Of a DNA stretch of 64,000 bases, positions 48,331 through 62,202 are shown one piece after another. Both the position numbers and the translations under genes were made by a program. This DNA comes from Squalus acanthias (taxonomy: Eukaryota), in the NCBI GenBank assembly GCA_030390025.1, contig CM059438.1, positions 70,124,001 to 70,188,000 on the forward strand. Direction: 5' to 3'. The first letter of the stretch is position 1. Each line of letters begins with the position of its first letter. The notes beneath the pieces are model-generated. The model did no database searches and had not been told where the DNA came from. It saw only the letters and a list, made by a program, of their open reading frames with translations.

Positions 48331-50409
48331 TTGTTAAATCCTTGCTAGCATTTCTCTGTTTCAGTAAAGCAGATCTTGCATCTATCTTTAACAACTTAGA
48401 TTTTCTATCATGTGTCTTAACATCCTGTGCTCCTTTTTTGGTGGATTGTGTAACTTCTCTGGGACCTCTACCATATCCTCAAAGCATTGACAAAGGATGA
48501 CTCTATCTGTAACCTCTTGCCACACGCTTTGCCTCCTTTGCATTGTTGCGTGTCATCCTACTCCACCAAAAATCTACACAAGTCACAATGTTACAGGGCT
48601 GAACAAAACCTCCGAGACTTGACCTATAAAACTGCCTTTTTGAGTTTAAGTGTTGATCCAATTCTCATAAAAACGTTATGCTCCACAGGTAAATGAAGAA
48701 ACTTTTCAACATTTATGCTGCACTGTTGTCTGTTTAAATTGCTGAAAAATTTAAAGGTTCATTATTGTGCTTAACTTTTCCCCATTCCTGCTGAAGAAAT
48801 CGCACATCTCTAAAATTCACATGACATGATTTTATTACTGGGCTGTAAATTTTGATGAAAAATTAACAGATCTCACATTGCGTGGGGGCCTGGAGAATGT
48901 GGAGCGGGCAGCCGAGCTGATGTTCTTAATTTTGGAGACTTAGAAATCCATGAGTTCTCATGCCTAGTGTCAAGAGTGAGGATGAAGGGGACAGCGGAGG
49001 GAGATTGAAGGAGCTGGATTGTGACAGAGAAGAGGAGCTGAGCTAACAGGAAGGTCCTGGAGTGGTAAAAGAGAGGGAGAGAAAATTCAGGTACAAGATG
49101 GTGAAGTCAAATCTGGCATCAGATGACTAGATCTTACTTCTGAAAATAAACAGTTATTTATAAATATTAAAGGGGCGGAATATCCTTATGCATGACTGGA
49201 ATTTGATGAAGACAATGTAGAGAAACTATAATAGGGAATAACTTTCAGTATCGAGCAGGCGGAAAACTAGCTATCGGATCAGCTGTCCGTTGTACAGCAT
49301 TTTTTTATCCATTGACTTCAGCCCCTGCCAAAGGTGAAAATTACCCGCTATGTCTAGGTAAGAAAAGCAAAAGACAAAAATGAGGAAGCACAGGGTAAGG
49401 CTTATTAGGATATGGGAGCTCTGTATCTACCGCTCGAAAACCTATTTCTTCTCAGGGTGAAATAGTAGGTTCCAACACCGTCGTCTTCACTACTTGAGAC
49501 CTGTTTTCTAATTTTAGCCCAGATAAAAACTTTTTCGTTGATGATTCTGTTTAAGATAGGTTTTTTTTTAAATTTTGAGATTTCAACTGCAGTAAAAGCT
49601 TTCGAGAAAAGTTATATTTTCAGCTGCGCTCTTCATAAACTCAACACAAATCGCACCATCCAGTTAAAGTGGGCATGAGGCCACTGCTCAAAGTTGTTGT
49701 AAAACATCATAAACATTGCAGCCCTCAGGTCGAGCTGCTCCTCCTCCATATCATTTGTAAGCAATATGAATCTTTCTCTATATTTCAGTGTGAATTGTCT
49801 CTCCTAATTTTTCTGCTCAGCGCCTTGGGTTCTCCTTCAAGCAGCACATGCTCAACCAGTGACTTCATCCCTTTATCCATGTGACGATCCAACAGGAGGC
49901 AAAATGATTAATTATTATGTATTTTTCCCGAGATTGGACCTTCCCACATATTGGCCCTGTAATTGCGGTGTCTGTGATGGCGTATTCTTAGGGTACACCA
50001 TCGTAATCCGTAACTTGCGGCCTGTTAATGGACGCGTTGACAGGCCAGCCGTGGAGACTCCGAAAAAGCAATCGCTGGCGCAGAGTTGGGCTAATTGCCC
50101 ACATAAGTCTTACGGATGATGCAAGCAGGCTTAGGGCCTGTTTGGATCTGCGTAACGGGATATCTAAGGCTCAAATTAAACATTTACATATCCTAAATTT
50201 TGCACAAACACTGTATTAAATGATTTTATGCAAATAGTGGCCTGGATTACAGTTATAATGATGTATGAAATTATCAAAAAATTAAATTTTTATTGAGTTT
50301 GGTGGAATGAAGGTAATTATGATTAAAATTCCAATTCTGTTAATTGTATAATTTTTACATTTTGGGATACCATTGCATATCATTAAGGGATTTTTATTTT
50401 TTTAATTTT

Positions 50410-52900
50410 CATGGGATGTGGGCGTCGCTGGCAAGGCCAGCATTTATAGCCCATCCCTAGTTGCTCTTGAGAAGATGGTGGTGAGCCGCCTTCTTGAACC
50501 GCTGCGGTTTGTGTGGTGAAGGTACTCCAACAGTGCTGTGAGCGAGGGAGTTCCAGGATTTTGACCCAGCCACGATGAAGGAACGGTGATATACTTCCAA
50601 GTCAGGATAGTGTGTGACTTGGAGGGGAACTTGGAGGTGGTGGTGTTCCCATGTGCCTGCTGCCCTTATCCTTCTAGGTGGTAGAGGTCGCGGGTTTGGG
50701 AGTTGCTGCCGAAGAAGCCTTGGTGAGTTGCTGCAGTGCATCTTAAAGATGGTACACACTGCAGCCACGGTACGCCAGTGGTGGAGGGAGTGAGTGTTTA
50801 AGGTGGTGGATGGGGTGCCAATCAAGCGGGCTGCTTTGTCTTGGATGGTGCTGAGCTTCTTGAATGTTGTTGGAGCTGCACTCATCCAGGCAAGTGGGCA
50901 GTATTCCATCACACTCCTGACTTGTGCCTTGTAGATGGTGGAAAGGCTTTGGGGAGTCAGGAGGTGAGACACTCGCCGCAGAATACCCAGCCTCTGACCT
51001 GCTCTTGTTGCCACAGTATTTATGTGGCTGGTCCGGTTAAGTTTCTGGTCAATGGTGGCCCCCAGGATGTTGATGGTGGGGGATTCAGTGATGGTAATGC
51101 TGTTGAATGTCAAGGGGCAGTGGTTAGACGCTCGCTTGTTGGAGATAGTCATTGCCTGGCACTTGTGTGGCGCATATGTTACCTGCCACTTATCAGCCCA
51201 AGTCTGAACATCGTCCAGGTCTTGCTGCATGCGGGCATGGACTGCTTCATTATCTGAGGAGTTGCGAATGGCACTGGACACTGTGCAGTCATCAGCGAAC
51301 ATCGCCACTTAGGACCTTATGATGGCGGGAAGGTCATTGATGAAGCAGCTGAAGACAGTTGGGCCTAGGACACTGCCCTGATGAACATCTGCAGTGATGT
51401 CCTCGGGCTGTGATGATTGACCTCCAACCACCACAACCACTTTTGTGCTAGGTATGACTCCAGCCAGTGGAGAGTTTTCCTCCCGATTCCCATTGACTTC
51501 AGTTTTACTAGGGCTCCTTGATGCCACACTCAGTCAAATGCTGCCTTGATGTCAAGGGCTGTCACTCTCACTTCACCTCTGGAATTCAGCTCTTTTGTTC
51601 ATGTTTGAACCAAGGCTGTAATGGGGTCTGGAGCCAAGTGGTCCTGGCGGAACCCAAACTGTGCATCATTGGTGAGTAAGTGCTGCTTGATAGCACTGTT
51701 GACAACACCTTCCATCACTTTGCTGATGATTGAGAGTAGACTAAATACTGTGGCAACAAGAGCAGGTCAGAGGCTAGGTATTCTGCGGCGAGTGTCTCAC
51801 CTCCTGACTCCCCAAAGCCTTTCCACCATCTACAAGGCACAAGTAAGGAGTGTGATGGAATACTCTCCACTTGCCTGGATGAGTGCAGCTCCAACAACAC
51901 TCAAGAAGCTCGACACCATCCAGGACAAAGCAGCCCACTTGATTGGCACCCCATCCACCACCTTAAACATTCACTCCCTCCACCACCGACGTCCCGCGGC
52001 TGCAGTGTGTACCATCTACAAGATGCACTGCAGCAACTCGCCAAGGCTTCTTCGGCAGCACCTCCCAAACCTGCGACCTCTTCCACCTAGAAGGACAAGG
52101 GCAGCAGGAGCATGGGAACACCACCACCTCCAAGTTCCCCTCCAAGTCACACACCATCCTGACTTAGAAGTATATTGCCGATCCTTCATCGTCGCTGGGT
52201 CAAAATCCTGAAACTCCCTACCTAACAGCACTGTGGGAGTACCATCACCACACGGACTGCAGCGGTTCAAGAAGGTGGCTCACCACCACCTTCTCAAGGG
52301 CAACTAGGGATGGGCAATAAATGCTGGCCTTGCCAGCGAAGCCCTGATCCCATAAACAAATTTTTAAAAAGACTGATGGGGCGGTAATTGTCTGGATTAG
52401 ATTTGTCCTGCATTTTGTGGACAGCACATAACTGGGCAGTTTTCTACATTGTCGGATAGATGTCAGTGTTATAGCTATACTTGAAAAGCTTGGCTAGAGG
52501 CACGGCTAGTTCTGGAGCACAAATCTTCAGCACGGCAACCGGGATATTGTCGGGGCCCACAGCCTTTGCTGTATCCAGTGCGCTCAGCCATTTCTTGATA
52601 TCACATGGAGTGATCGAATTGGCTGAAGACTGGCTTCTGTGATTGTGGGGACCTCAGGAGGAGGCCGAGATGGATCATCCACTCAGCACTTTTGGCCGAA
52701 AGATGGTTGCAAACGCTTCAGCTTTGACTTTTACACTCACGTGCTGGGCTCCGCCATCATTGAGGATGGGAATATTCATGGAGCCTCCACCTCCCATTAG
52801 TTGTTTAATTGTCCACCACCATTCACAACGGGACGTGGCAGGACTGCTGAGCTTTGATCTGATCTGTTGATTGTGGGATTGCTTAGCTCTGTCTATGGCG
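50410..52900 (-). mobile_element. CR1-group LINE, second family, ORF2 fragment (host of nested copy)
   Basis: ALDIKAAFD, QGSVLGPTVF, FADDCTV, TWADKWQV; continues at 52371-52900 beyond the nested copy. Confidence 0.9.
51743..52369 (+). mobile_element. Nested antisense copy of the same LINE family
   Basis: Reverse complement of ~50410-51021; short TSD AGACT at 51738-51742 and 52370-52374. Confidence 0.88.
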
Positions 52901-53123
52901 TTCCCTTTGTCAATGATTGAAATGGAATTCTCCTTTGTCATTGGAGGACTGGGCCCACGTGATCCCAGATGCTTCGGCACCGCCTGGGCCATTACTCTGC
53001 CCTTCGCCTCGAGGGTTGAGACCTCAACTTTTCGTAGCCTGGGCGCCAGGAAGTACTTTCGTAATTGTTTCGCGGGTAGGGGCCGTACTCCGGAGGTACA
53101 CCTCTGACCTCAATTTCTAACCC
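52900..53123. mobile_element. One arm of a hairpin-array-family MITE
   Basis: Shares ggcccacgtgatcccag with the other copies; ends aatttctaaccc (TIR-like). Confidence 0.55.
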
Positions 53124-54559
53124 ACTGTTCGAAATAGCAGCCAAGGAAGGGAACTTTGGGTGGCCAATAGTCTGCTCCTCACAGTCCTCACCTGGTTGGG
53201 AGTTAAGGGTGAACCCTTTGTATACTTTTGAGATGATAACAAGCTTCACCTATAATCTCTATTGCTGTCTTTTCACTGCACTAAATTGGTTGTGATCCAG
53301 ATGTTGCTTTTGTGACTGTTTGGATAAAAGGGAATACTTATGATTGACACTTCACAGCTCCAGCAACAAATTAATATTACAGATTCCCTGAAGCCAATAA
53401 TCAAAAATTCCAATACACTGTGCAAAGTCAAATGTAACTATTAAAGGAGACTTTCTGAATTCTATCAACTTTCTCTTCATTAATGGGACTCAGTACTTAG
53501 TTGGGCTGCTGCTCGCATTATTCAGTGTAGCTAGAATCCGTTTTACATTTCAGTTGTGATTCTATTGTATCCAATTTGAAAAATAAAATTGTGTCGGCAA
53601 ATATTGGCATGAAGACGACTACACCCAGTGTTGCACTGGGAATTGGACAATATATAATTTTTTGACAACAATTTTTCCACGCAACAAAAAAAAATTGCTC
53701 AATGTTCAACTAATGTGTTGCTCAGATATAAGTGAATTGCTGGGGAATAGAGACCAGAAGGGTAGGGTTATTTTGATGAAGAGAACACTCAAGAACATGC
53801 GATGAAATAATTCCCTTACTTTCAGACAAATAAAATCATCAGAAAATTGAGGACAAATTGCAGGTCGTAGGATTGTTCAATTGAAGGTTGAGAGAAAGAG
53901 CATTTTCTGAAGTTCTTTACTCCAGCTGAACGATTTGATATAAGCACTGCTGGCTCCAGTGGCCTTTGCTTTCAGGGAGCCCTGACAGATGAATGGCGTC
54001 CAGAGATTCCTTGTGACAAAAAAGATGCATCGTGTGCCTATAGATTGCTTGAAACCTATTAACAGGAGCTGATGGTACAAGATTAGCTGTCTGAAAACAA
54101 AACTTGCTGAGCTGTGATTGATTGTATTAATGGTGGAAACTCTTTGAGAGATTAGAGTCCGCACGTGCCTTTGTGTGCTGTGCATACTGATCCATTGTTT
54201 CACAAAGAATGCATTACATTTTTATGTTTGATGATGGCAAATTTATATATGGAAATTTTTTGAGATTTTTCCTTGGTGAAGGCTTCATTTCCATTTATGT
54301 GCAGGATAAATGCAGTTAATTATTTATTGGATGTGTGTGCGATATTTGCAGAGATGATAGTATCAGGTAGTTATTAATTAATACATTCAGTATGATGCTG
54401 CACTGTGTCAGTATCACTGGATGTATTCAGATATGAAAACTGTGCTGTTTGAATTGTTAAATCTTATCAATGTAGAAAAATTTGCAGCGGATCCTATTTG
54501 TCGTCCTTCTGATTACAAAAGCTAGCTCCTTGGTGTTATGATTGCTTCCTTGTACCCCT

Positions 54560-55465
54560 CACCATGCACAACCTCCTTCTCCCTTCCAACCCCACTTCAT
54601 TCTACATAAGTCCTTGGAAAAAACTCTCCCTCAGGGCACTTACAACAGCACTTTCAAACTCCCAACTGTCCAGCCTTCGATCCTCCATTCACCATGATAC
54701 TTCTGCAGATACCAATCTGCTCAATCATACCCTCACTTCCACCTTTGATGCCTTTGTCCCCAGTAAATCCCTTACTCTCTCCCACCCTGGTCATTCCCCT
54801 TGTTACGACCCCATCTTCGCTTTCTTAAACCCAAGGGACGCAGATTTGAAAGTTTATGGTGACAACTGGTTTAGCCATTCATCGGCAGATCTGGCTGAAC
54901 CATATCTGCCAAAACTGCTCACTACTCCAGGATCATCCTGGAATGCAAAGATAACTCCTGGCTTCTAGCCCTGAACTCGCATTTTTCTGTCCTATCTCTC
55001 TCCCCCCCCCGCCCCCCCACCGGCACACCCGTGCCCTCTCTGAGCTCATCTTGTTCATGTGACCCACTTCCTGCTCTCTCGACCCTATTCCCACTAAATT
55101 TCTGACCACCCAACTTCCTTTCATAGCCCTCCTGCTTGCTGATATTATAAATGGTTCTCTCTCCTCAGGTACTGCCCTCCTCCCTTTCAAATCTGTCGTC
55201 ATCACCACCCCTCAAAAAAAAAACTTCTTGGACCCTTTGGGCTTGCAAACTACCACCCATCTCCAGCCTCCCTTTCCTCTCAAGTCCTTGAACGTGTTGT
55301 CGCCTCCCAAATCTTCTCCATATCAGGTGTCTATCCTGTCAAAGCACTGAAACGGCCCGAATCAAAGTCACAAATGACATCCTTGTAAATATGACCGTGG
55401 TGCACTCTGCCTCCTCATCCTTTTCGGCCTATCTGCAGCCTTTGACACGGTTGACCACCCCAGTG
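54560..55465 (+). mobile_element. L2-clade LINE internal fragment (decayed)
   Basis: LDPIPTKFL, NYHPxSSLPFLS, STETAxIKVTNDIL, LSAAFDTVDH. Confidence 0.8.
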
Positions 55466-56554
55466 TGGACTTGACGGGACAAATAATCTGTCTCTCTGCT
55501 GTAACGTTCTATGATTTCCACTTGCTGTATAAAAGTTGTGTCTATGCGAGAGAAAGATGCATCAGGGAAGTTGCCATTTCTGACTAGTACCCACAGAAGT
55601 ACACTTCCCAGAGTGCACCACAGCCACCCTTGGTTCATGACACCCAGATAGCTAACAAATCCCATATGTGATAGATAAGCATAACGGGAGCTTTTGTTTT
55701 CACCCTTTTTTGGAACTATTATACACTGGGAAAACCAAGCAGAGCATTTACAAATAATAACGGTGGCACAAATGGAAGGAGGCAACATCAAAGACAAAAA
55801 GCTTCGTTTTTTTCAAGCATTTTATACAATTTAAGTCATTAAATAAAAATTCTGAGCTCATGGCGTTGTTTGGAATGAGATGTACTTTGTGTTGCTCAGG
55901 TTGGGGGCTGATGCTTGCTCTGGGGTTAGGGGGGAATGTTCGAAGTATTTTAATGTTGACTTTGGACATTGCAGCCAGAGTCAGTCAGGGTGGCGATAGG
56001 AGACTCAACAGTGGGAAATACCCCTATTGCACCAATGACAGTTGCAGAAAAAATACACATTGGGAAGGGGAAGAAAAAAAATATGTTGGCATATAAATTA
56101 CTGAGAAAAAGGAGGAATGTTCTAAAGAGGCAGGAGGGAAGAGCAAACAAATAAATGAAGGATGTGTATCTTAAAACAAATATTGCAAATTCATCATGGA
56201 AGGGCAACAGATAATTGTTTTATAATGTGAGTGACAGGAGTTAAGACAATTTTGCAAGGGAAGAATAAGCAAAAGTTTTTGCATTTAAAGTAAGTTTCAT
56301 AAAGTGGTGGGTAAATAGTGCTTGGGTTCAGCTGTGATCAATCCCCATGGTGAAATAGCCCGTGATGACATTCGCTCTCCAGGCTCGCATAGGAAGTATT
56401 CCCACTCTGGTAAAATGCTGCAGGACGGCCTGTATCCATGGAACTGTATCCCAGCAAAAGTCAGCAATTGCAGTAGATGTTGGATAGAAGACAACAGAGG
56501 TTTTCTCATTTGTTTTATAAACCTTACAAAAACACATCACAAGGACATCACATA

Positions 56555-56912
56555 CAACAACAACAACCTTACATTTATATAGCGCCTTTTAACATAGTAA
56601 AACATCCCAAGGCGCTTCACAGGAGCGTTATCAAACAAAATTTGACACCGAGCCACATGAGATATTAGGATAGGCGACCAAAAACTTGGTCAAAGAGGTA
56701 GGTTTTAAGTAGCATTTAAGGAGGAGAGAGAGAGGTAGAGAGTTGGTGAGGTTTCGGGAGGGAATTCCAGAGCCTAGGGCCCAGGCAGCTGAAAGCACGG
56801 CCGTCAATGGTGGAGCGATTAAAATCGGGAATGCGCAAGAGGCCAGAATTGGAGGAGCGGAGAAATCTCGGAGGGTTGTAGGGCTGGAGGAAGTTACACA
56901 GATAGGGAGACA
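56555..56912 (-). mobile_element. L2-clade LINE 3' end
   Basis: PYLCNFLQPYNPPRFLRSSNSGLL..GRAFSCLGPRLWNSLP; (TGT)n tail. Confidence 0.85.
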
Positions 56913-57342
56913 AGTACTAGCACCACTTGTCTATCTTTTGAACAAACCACGGCATTATTTTAAGATGTAAAAGTGCAATGAAAACCTGCAAATGAATGTG
57001 ATATGCACCAAACACTGCTATTAATTAACACAGAAAATCAGAACAGGGTCTAAGAGTTGTTGTGTGAGGAAGGGTTATCAGGCCAGGACTCTGGAGACTT
57101 GGGGGTCCATCTACTGATGGAGTTGTCAATCATGACATGCAGATGGATAGCATTATTTTGGAACTGTTGCATATCAGTGTGCCAGAAAATAATAAATCAT
57201 AACTAATAGTCCTCGGGAGTTCATGCCAGTCTTTGTGATTTAGTGTAAATAATTCAGAATGTACCACATGCTTGCTTCAAAATTGACCAGATACGCTGTT
57301 CACAAATGCATTTTGTATTTAACTATATATATTCAGTATATT

Positions 57343-57530
57343 ACAAAGGCAAAATACTGCGGATGCTGGAAATCTGAAATATAAAGAGAAAATGTTGGAA
57401 ATACTCAGCAGGCCGGGCAGTATCTGTGGAGAGAGAAACAGAGTTAACGTTTCAGGTCGGTGACCTTTCGTCAGAAGGAAAATGTTATAGATGTAACAGG
57501 TTTTAAGCAAGCACAGAGGCAGGGAAAGGG
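57343..57530 (-). mobile_element. Short PLE 3' end with hammerhead motif (57442-57476)
   Basis: Matches ~6303-6495. Confidence 0.85.
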
Positions 57531-57824
57531 TGATGGTCCTTTAATGCTACCAGGAGCAGTCACCTTGCTTTGCATTTCTATTGTATCATCTGCATTTTAG
57601 AAGAATCACTATTCCAATAGTTTGTATAACTGCAAACAGTTCAGCATAAGCATTTGGAAATAGCAATACTGAAGAGTCGAGCATTAGCCGACAGCTGCAT
57701 CTTCAGCTTCATTCCATTGAGATGCACAGAATACAACCAACAATTAATGATCATAGTGCTACCATAAAGGCCCACTCTAAAAATCAAATGATTTCAGTGA
57801 ATTGACTGTGAAATCCACTTCATT

Positions 57825-58568
57825 GGGCCGTATTTTGCGACCCCTATGGGTGCGCACGAGCCCGTAGGGGCCGCGCAAGTTCCGGGTTTAGGCATGCGAA
57901 GCGCAAGCGCGAAAACCCGGAACTTGCGATCTGTCACAAATTCTCTTGACAGATGATCTGCATCCTCGGGAGATGGGCCTCCGCGGGTGGAGAATTGCGC
58001 TATTTGCCCCAATTCCGCCCGCTGAATGCCTGTGAAATTCATACACCTGGTAAAAGCAGGCGTAAGGCCTGCTTTTACCAGCAAAAGAGTTTTAAAAAAT
58101 TGAAAAATAAAATGTTATCACTCATTTATACATTAAAAACCCTGTCCAATAAGCTAAGTTTATTTTAGCCCCGTTAAACATGTACATTTTTTTCAAAAAA
58201 TTTAATTTTTGTTTAAAATATTTAATTAAATGGCATTTTGATTAATTTGAAATATGTAATTGTTTAAAAAATTTATTTCATGTGTTCATGTATTTTTTAA
58301 GTCATCCCCATTCATACTTATGACAGTTCCAAACGTACAGAACTCCCATAGGTATGAATGGGAATTCCCTTCTTTCATTTGTTGGGCCGGCCCACGTGAT
58401 TCCAAGGGCACTTGCGAATCGCCTGCGCCCCTGGGCTACGTGGACCTCTACCCGCGGGTACCCGGAGAGGCCCAGGATCGCGAGTCTCTGTACCCCCCGG
58501 ACCACCAGGTAAATTCGTAGATTTTTTACAGGTCGGAAGCATCCACCTCCGACCGCAAATTTTGGGCC
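57825..58568. mobile_element. Hairpin-array MITE, copy 4
   Basis: TIRs gggccgtattttgcg / cgcaaattttgggcc; TSD ATT. Confidence 0.85.
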
Positions 58569-59167
58569 ATTGTTTCTATTTTTGGCTTGGATGAATCCTT
58601 TTGCTTAAAAAGTGCTGATGGCATCATCAGGAGAACCGGCCTGGATGAGTTACTGAGCATGAAGAAGCTGAATAACACCCAGCTAAAGTAGGCTCTAGCT
58701 TTAAGTTAATGGGGTTAAAATGCAACCTTGGCGGGAGCACAAAACAGATGCTAGCGGATCATCTGGTGTTATACGCCCCACGGATTTTCCATTCCATTGA
58801 AGTCAATGACCGATTTTTGATGGTTCTCCACTCTGCTTCAGCCTCACGCTTTCGAACCCCCTCCCTAAGCTGCTCCCACTCTCGACTTCTCTCTCCATCT
58901 TTAAAAGACTCTTGAATACCCTTTTCTTCAACCAAGCCTTCGGTCACCTTTTAACTCCCACACAAAGCTTGGTCTTCATTTCTCGCTTCTGCGAAGTATC
59001 TTAGGATGCTTTTCTACGTTAAAGCTGCTGAATAAATGTAAACCGAATTTGTTCATTGTAAATCTTCATCGTATTTCAGGACTGAGCACATCAGTGGATT
59101 CAATACTAACCATGTTTCAGTGTTCGCATCCTTTATTACACAATGTGTGTGTTAGTCTTTCGTTTTC

Positions 59168-59345
59168 TTTCTCTCTCTCACACATGCACATACACACACA
59201 CACACACACTCCCCCCTCCTCCCCCATCATCCTACCCCTCCTCACCCTTCTTGCCTCCTCCCCGTTCCCCTACTCCCCATTCCCCCCTCCTTCTCCTTCC
59301 TCCTTGACCCTCTTCCTTCTTCCCCCTATCTTACTCTACCGTCAT
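59168..59345. repeat. (CT)n/(CA)n microsatellite followed by a polypyrimidine tract
   Basis: Direct reading of the sequence. Confidence 0.85.
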
Positions 59346-61821
59346 CCTGCCCTCCTCTCCACAGCCTGGAACCAGTTTGCACTGGTTATCGACTCAGCCT
59401 CATACATAATTGACTCCTTTAGAAGCCAAAAGGAAAAGCCGGAGAGATGTATAACAGGCAGCAGATCCGATGTCGCCTGTTTTACACTATTGGCAAAAGT
59501 TAAATTTACCCCCAGTGAGTGATTGGCGATCCCTACTTATTTTTTCAATCCTACTTATTGCCATTTGTTTTTTCTTGAAATTATTCCACACTCAACTCCA
59601 TTAGCAACTTTAATCTCCTTAATTAGATCTCAGGTCTCCCCGAGGACATTGCTATCAAAATTCCCAGAGAATTACATAACAGCTATTTGGGCTGCCATCG
59701 TGACTTTATTTTATCAAGACTTTTCTTGTGAAATTGATTTTGTTCACGCATTCTGCAAGGAAGATATAACAGACTGTTGGAACTAGACGTGGTGTCAATT
59801 GACATTCATTAGTTACTTTCTGGGGAGACAGCAGTGGCAGACTGGAATATGAGAGCAATTGTGTAGTCCAGCCTTGTTCTTCATAGGTGATCCCTGATTA
59901 CAGTGAATTAGCTATCCTTTTTATTAATTTATTTCCCATTAATTTTGGTAAAGCAATCAGTTGTGGCCTAACGAAATGGAATCTTACGCCTCCCAGTGCC
60001 CTTGAGGTAATTCTGAAGCTCTGCTGAGGTGGTCCATCTTATGTTGCAGTGATCGGGTCATTCTGAGTACATGTAATTTAGTTCCGTAGGCACATCACTA
60101 AACATTAAAAATTCAATTGATTTGTTCCCTGTGGATCATTCACATGCAGTGATAAGCACCGACTATGGGAGGAAAGCATTAACACAATACTTCAGTGCTA
60201 TGACGTTCACATTCTGTTCACAGCAGGACTGTAGGCTGATTTGTGTCTGACAGTCTAAACTTGTGAAACAGAGCCCCAAGGTAGCTACATTTAAGCAGTA
60301 ATAAATGTGCTACGCATTAGTGCTCAGTAATCCATGAAATGATTAGCACTGGCAGGAGGTTAAGTCATGTGGGTAAAATGTAATCCTGAAATGCATTGCA
60401 TTGTAAACATTCTTTCTTTAAACATGTATTAATTTTCTTGCTCAATATAACATGTAGATTTTGGAAGAAGTTATCTAATCTTCATTCATAGCTTCGTCAT
60501 GAAACACCACCTATAAATGTCTGACGGAATCTGTTTAGTTCAGCGCCTTTCTAGCTGGTATGGATGATGCACATTCGGTTATCATTTGGGTGGAAATTCC
60601 TGCCAGTTTGGCAGTATTATGTGGGGTGCCATCTTGTAAAAGGCAGGGGCTTCAGGTCCTAGTGATGCCGCCAGTCAAAGAGCAAAGGTCACGCTAATAA
60701 TCTCCACTTTCACATTGACCTTTCAAAGTGCTACTTCCTTGAATTGGAGTTGTGTTTAATTTATGCTTTCAATTAGGGCTGCATTGCTTGATCTAGCAGG
60801 GTCAGCAGGAACCTGTAATATCCTTGTGCTTCAGATTGAGCTGCCCCTGTTAAAAAGCATCCACTGCTGGGTCAGGTATCATAGAGATTTTGTACTGTAC
60901 CGTACGTTTATTTTTTATTTTGGTAGATATTGCATTTAAACTCCATGTGCTATTGAACTGTGGGATCCATAGAAATGATTTTGATCCAAATTAATTTTTA
61001 TGAATGTAATATGGAGCTGCTCAGGGTGACATGAATTGGGTGACATCAATTTCTTGAAGATGAAGTAAAGTTTTGCCATTTTAAAAACCTGTTAAAATTA
61101 GTATGTAATTAGGGATCATTAAAATTAGTTTTTACAAATTTCCACCGATAAAGTTCACCTTGGTTTAGGTTGAGTTGCCTGCATACTTTGTAGCCTATCT
61201 ACAGTATTGTACATTAAGTAACTATGACTATGAATCAACTGCAAACCAAATTGAAAATCTGAATTGACTCAAAATGTTATTCAGAGAAATGTGAGGTGAG
61301 GTATATTGGTGCCAAAAATAACAAGTAACTTCACCAAGAGGGATACTAAAATGTATACAGCAGAAAAATTACAGCTGGGCTGGTTGACCAAGCTTGTTGA
61401 TGGTGTTGGTAAATTGTAGGTCAACAGTTGTCAGTCATGTAAAGTGTAACAATTTATTGGAAGCTCTATAGAGTACAATAACTGATACTGACCTTATCGG
61501 ACATGTTAGTGAGATCACACTTGGTATATTTTTAGGTTTGGTCAGTTTATTGCAATAAATACAGAGCCATTGGAGAGGGGCCGAAGAAAAACATCAAGGA
61601 TGGTACTAGGCTTAAGACTAATGAATTATAAAGAGAAAGCTAAGGACCTCCATCTGCTTTCTTTTGGGAAAAGAAATGGAGACATTCCCAGTGAAGAGAA
61701 ATAAGGATTTTAATTAAAAGCTGTAGAAATCACAAGCAGAATATAACTGTTTCAAGCTCAGCATTGTTGACTAAAAGTGGAAAAAGTGGCCATATTCCTT
61801 TTTTTAAATTAATTCACAAAA

Positions 61822-61965
61822 TTTAGTGCCCATCCCTAGTTGCCCTTGGGAAGCTGGTGGTGAGAGCCACCTTCTTGAACCGCTGCAGTCCGTGTGGTGA
61901 AGGTACTCCCACAGTGCTGTTAGGTAGGGAGTTCCAGGATTTTGACCCAGCGACGATGAAGGAAT
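61822..61965 (-). mobile_element. CR1-group second-family 3' end
   Basis: Matches ~18640-18775. Confidence 0.8.
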
Positions 61966-62068
61966 GATTAAGTCGGGAAGGGTACAAGCGTGGCAGCAAA
62001 CATGGAAGAAGATGAGAGTGGTCTGCATGGGTCCTGAATGCAGAGCAAAACAATAGGAGTATTTTTGT

Positions 62069-62202
62069 ACAAAAGCAAAATACTGCGGCTGCTGGAAATC
62101 TGAAATAAAAAGAGAAAATGCTGGAAATACTCAGCAGGTAGGTAGCATTTGTAGAGAGAGAAACAGAGTTAACGTTTCAGGTCGATGACTCTTCGTCAGA
62201 AC
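62069..62202 (-). mobile_element. 134-bp PLE-derived insertion: hammerhead motif plus 3' tail
   Basis: Flanked by GAGTAT(T/A)TTTGT at 62057-62068 and 62203-62214; HHR motif at 62167-62202. Confidence 0.85.

Noticed and set aside
13401..58568. Recurrent palindromes as possible CRISPR repeats, attC sites or intrinsic terminators
   Set aside because: No regular repeat-spacer periodicity, no cas or integrase genes, eukaryotic context; they lie inside TIR/TSD-bounded elements.
59049..59522. 157-aa ORF with His-Thr and Pro/Ser/Leu runs
   Set aside because: Translation of a (CA)n microsatellite and polypyrimidine tract.
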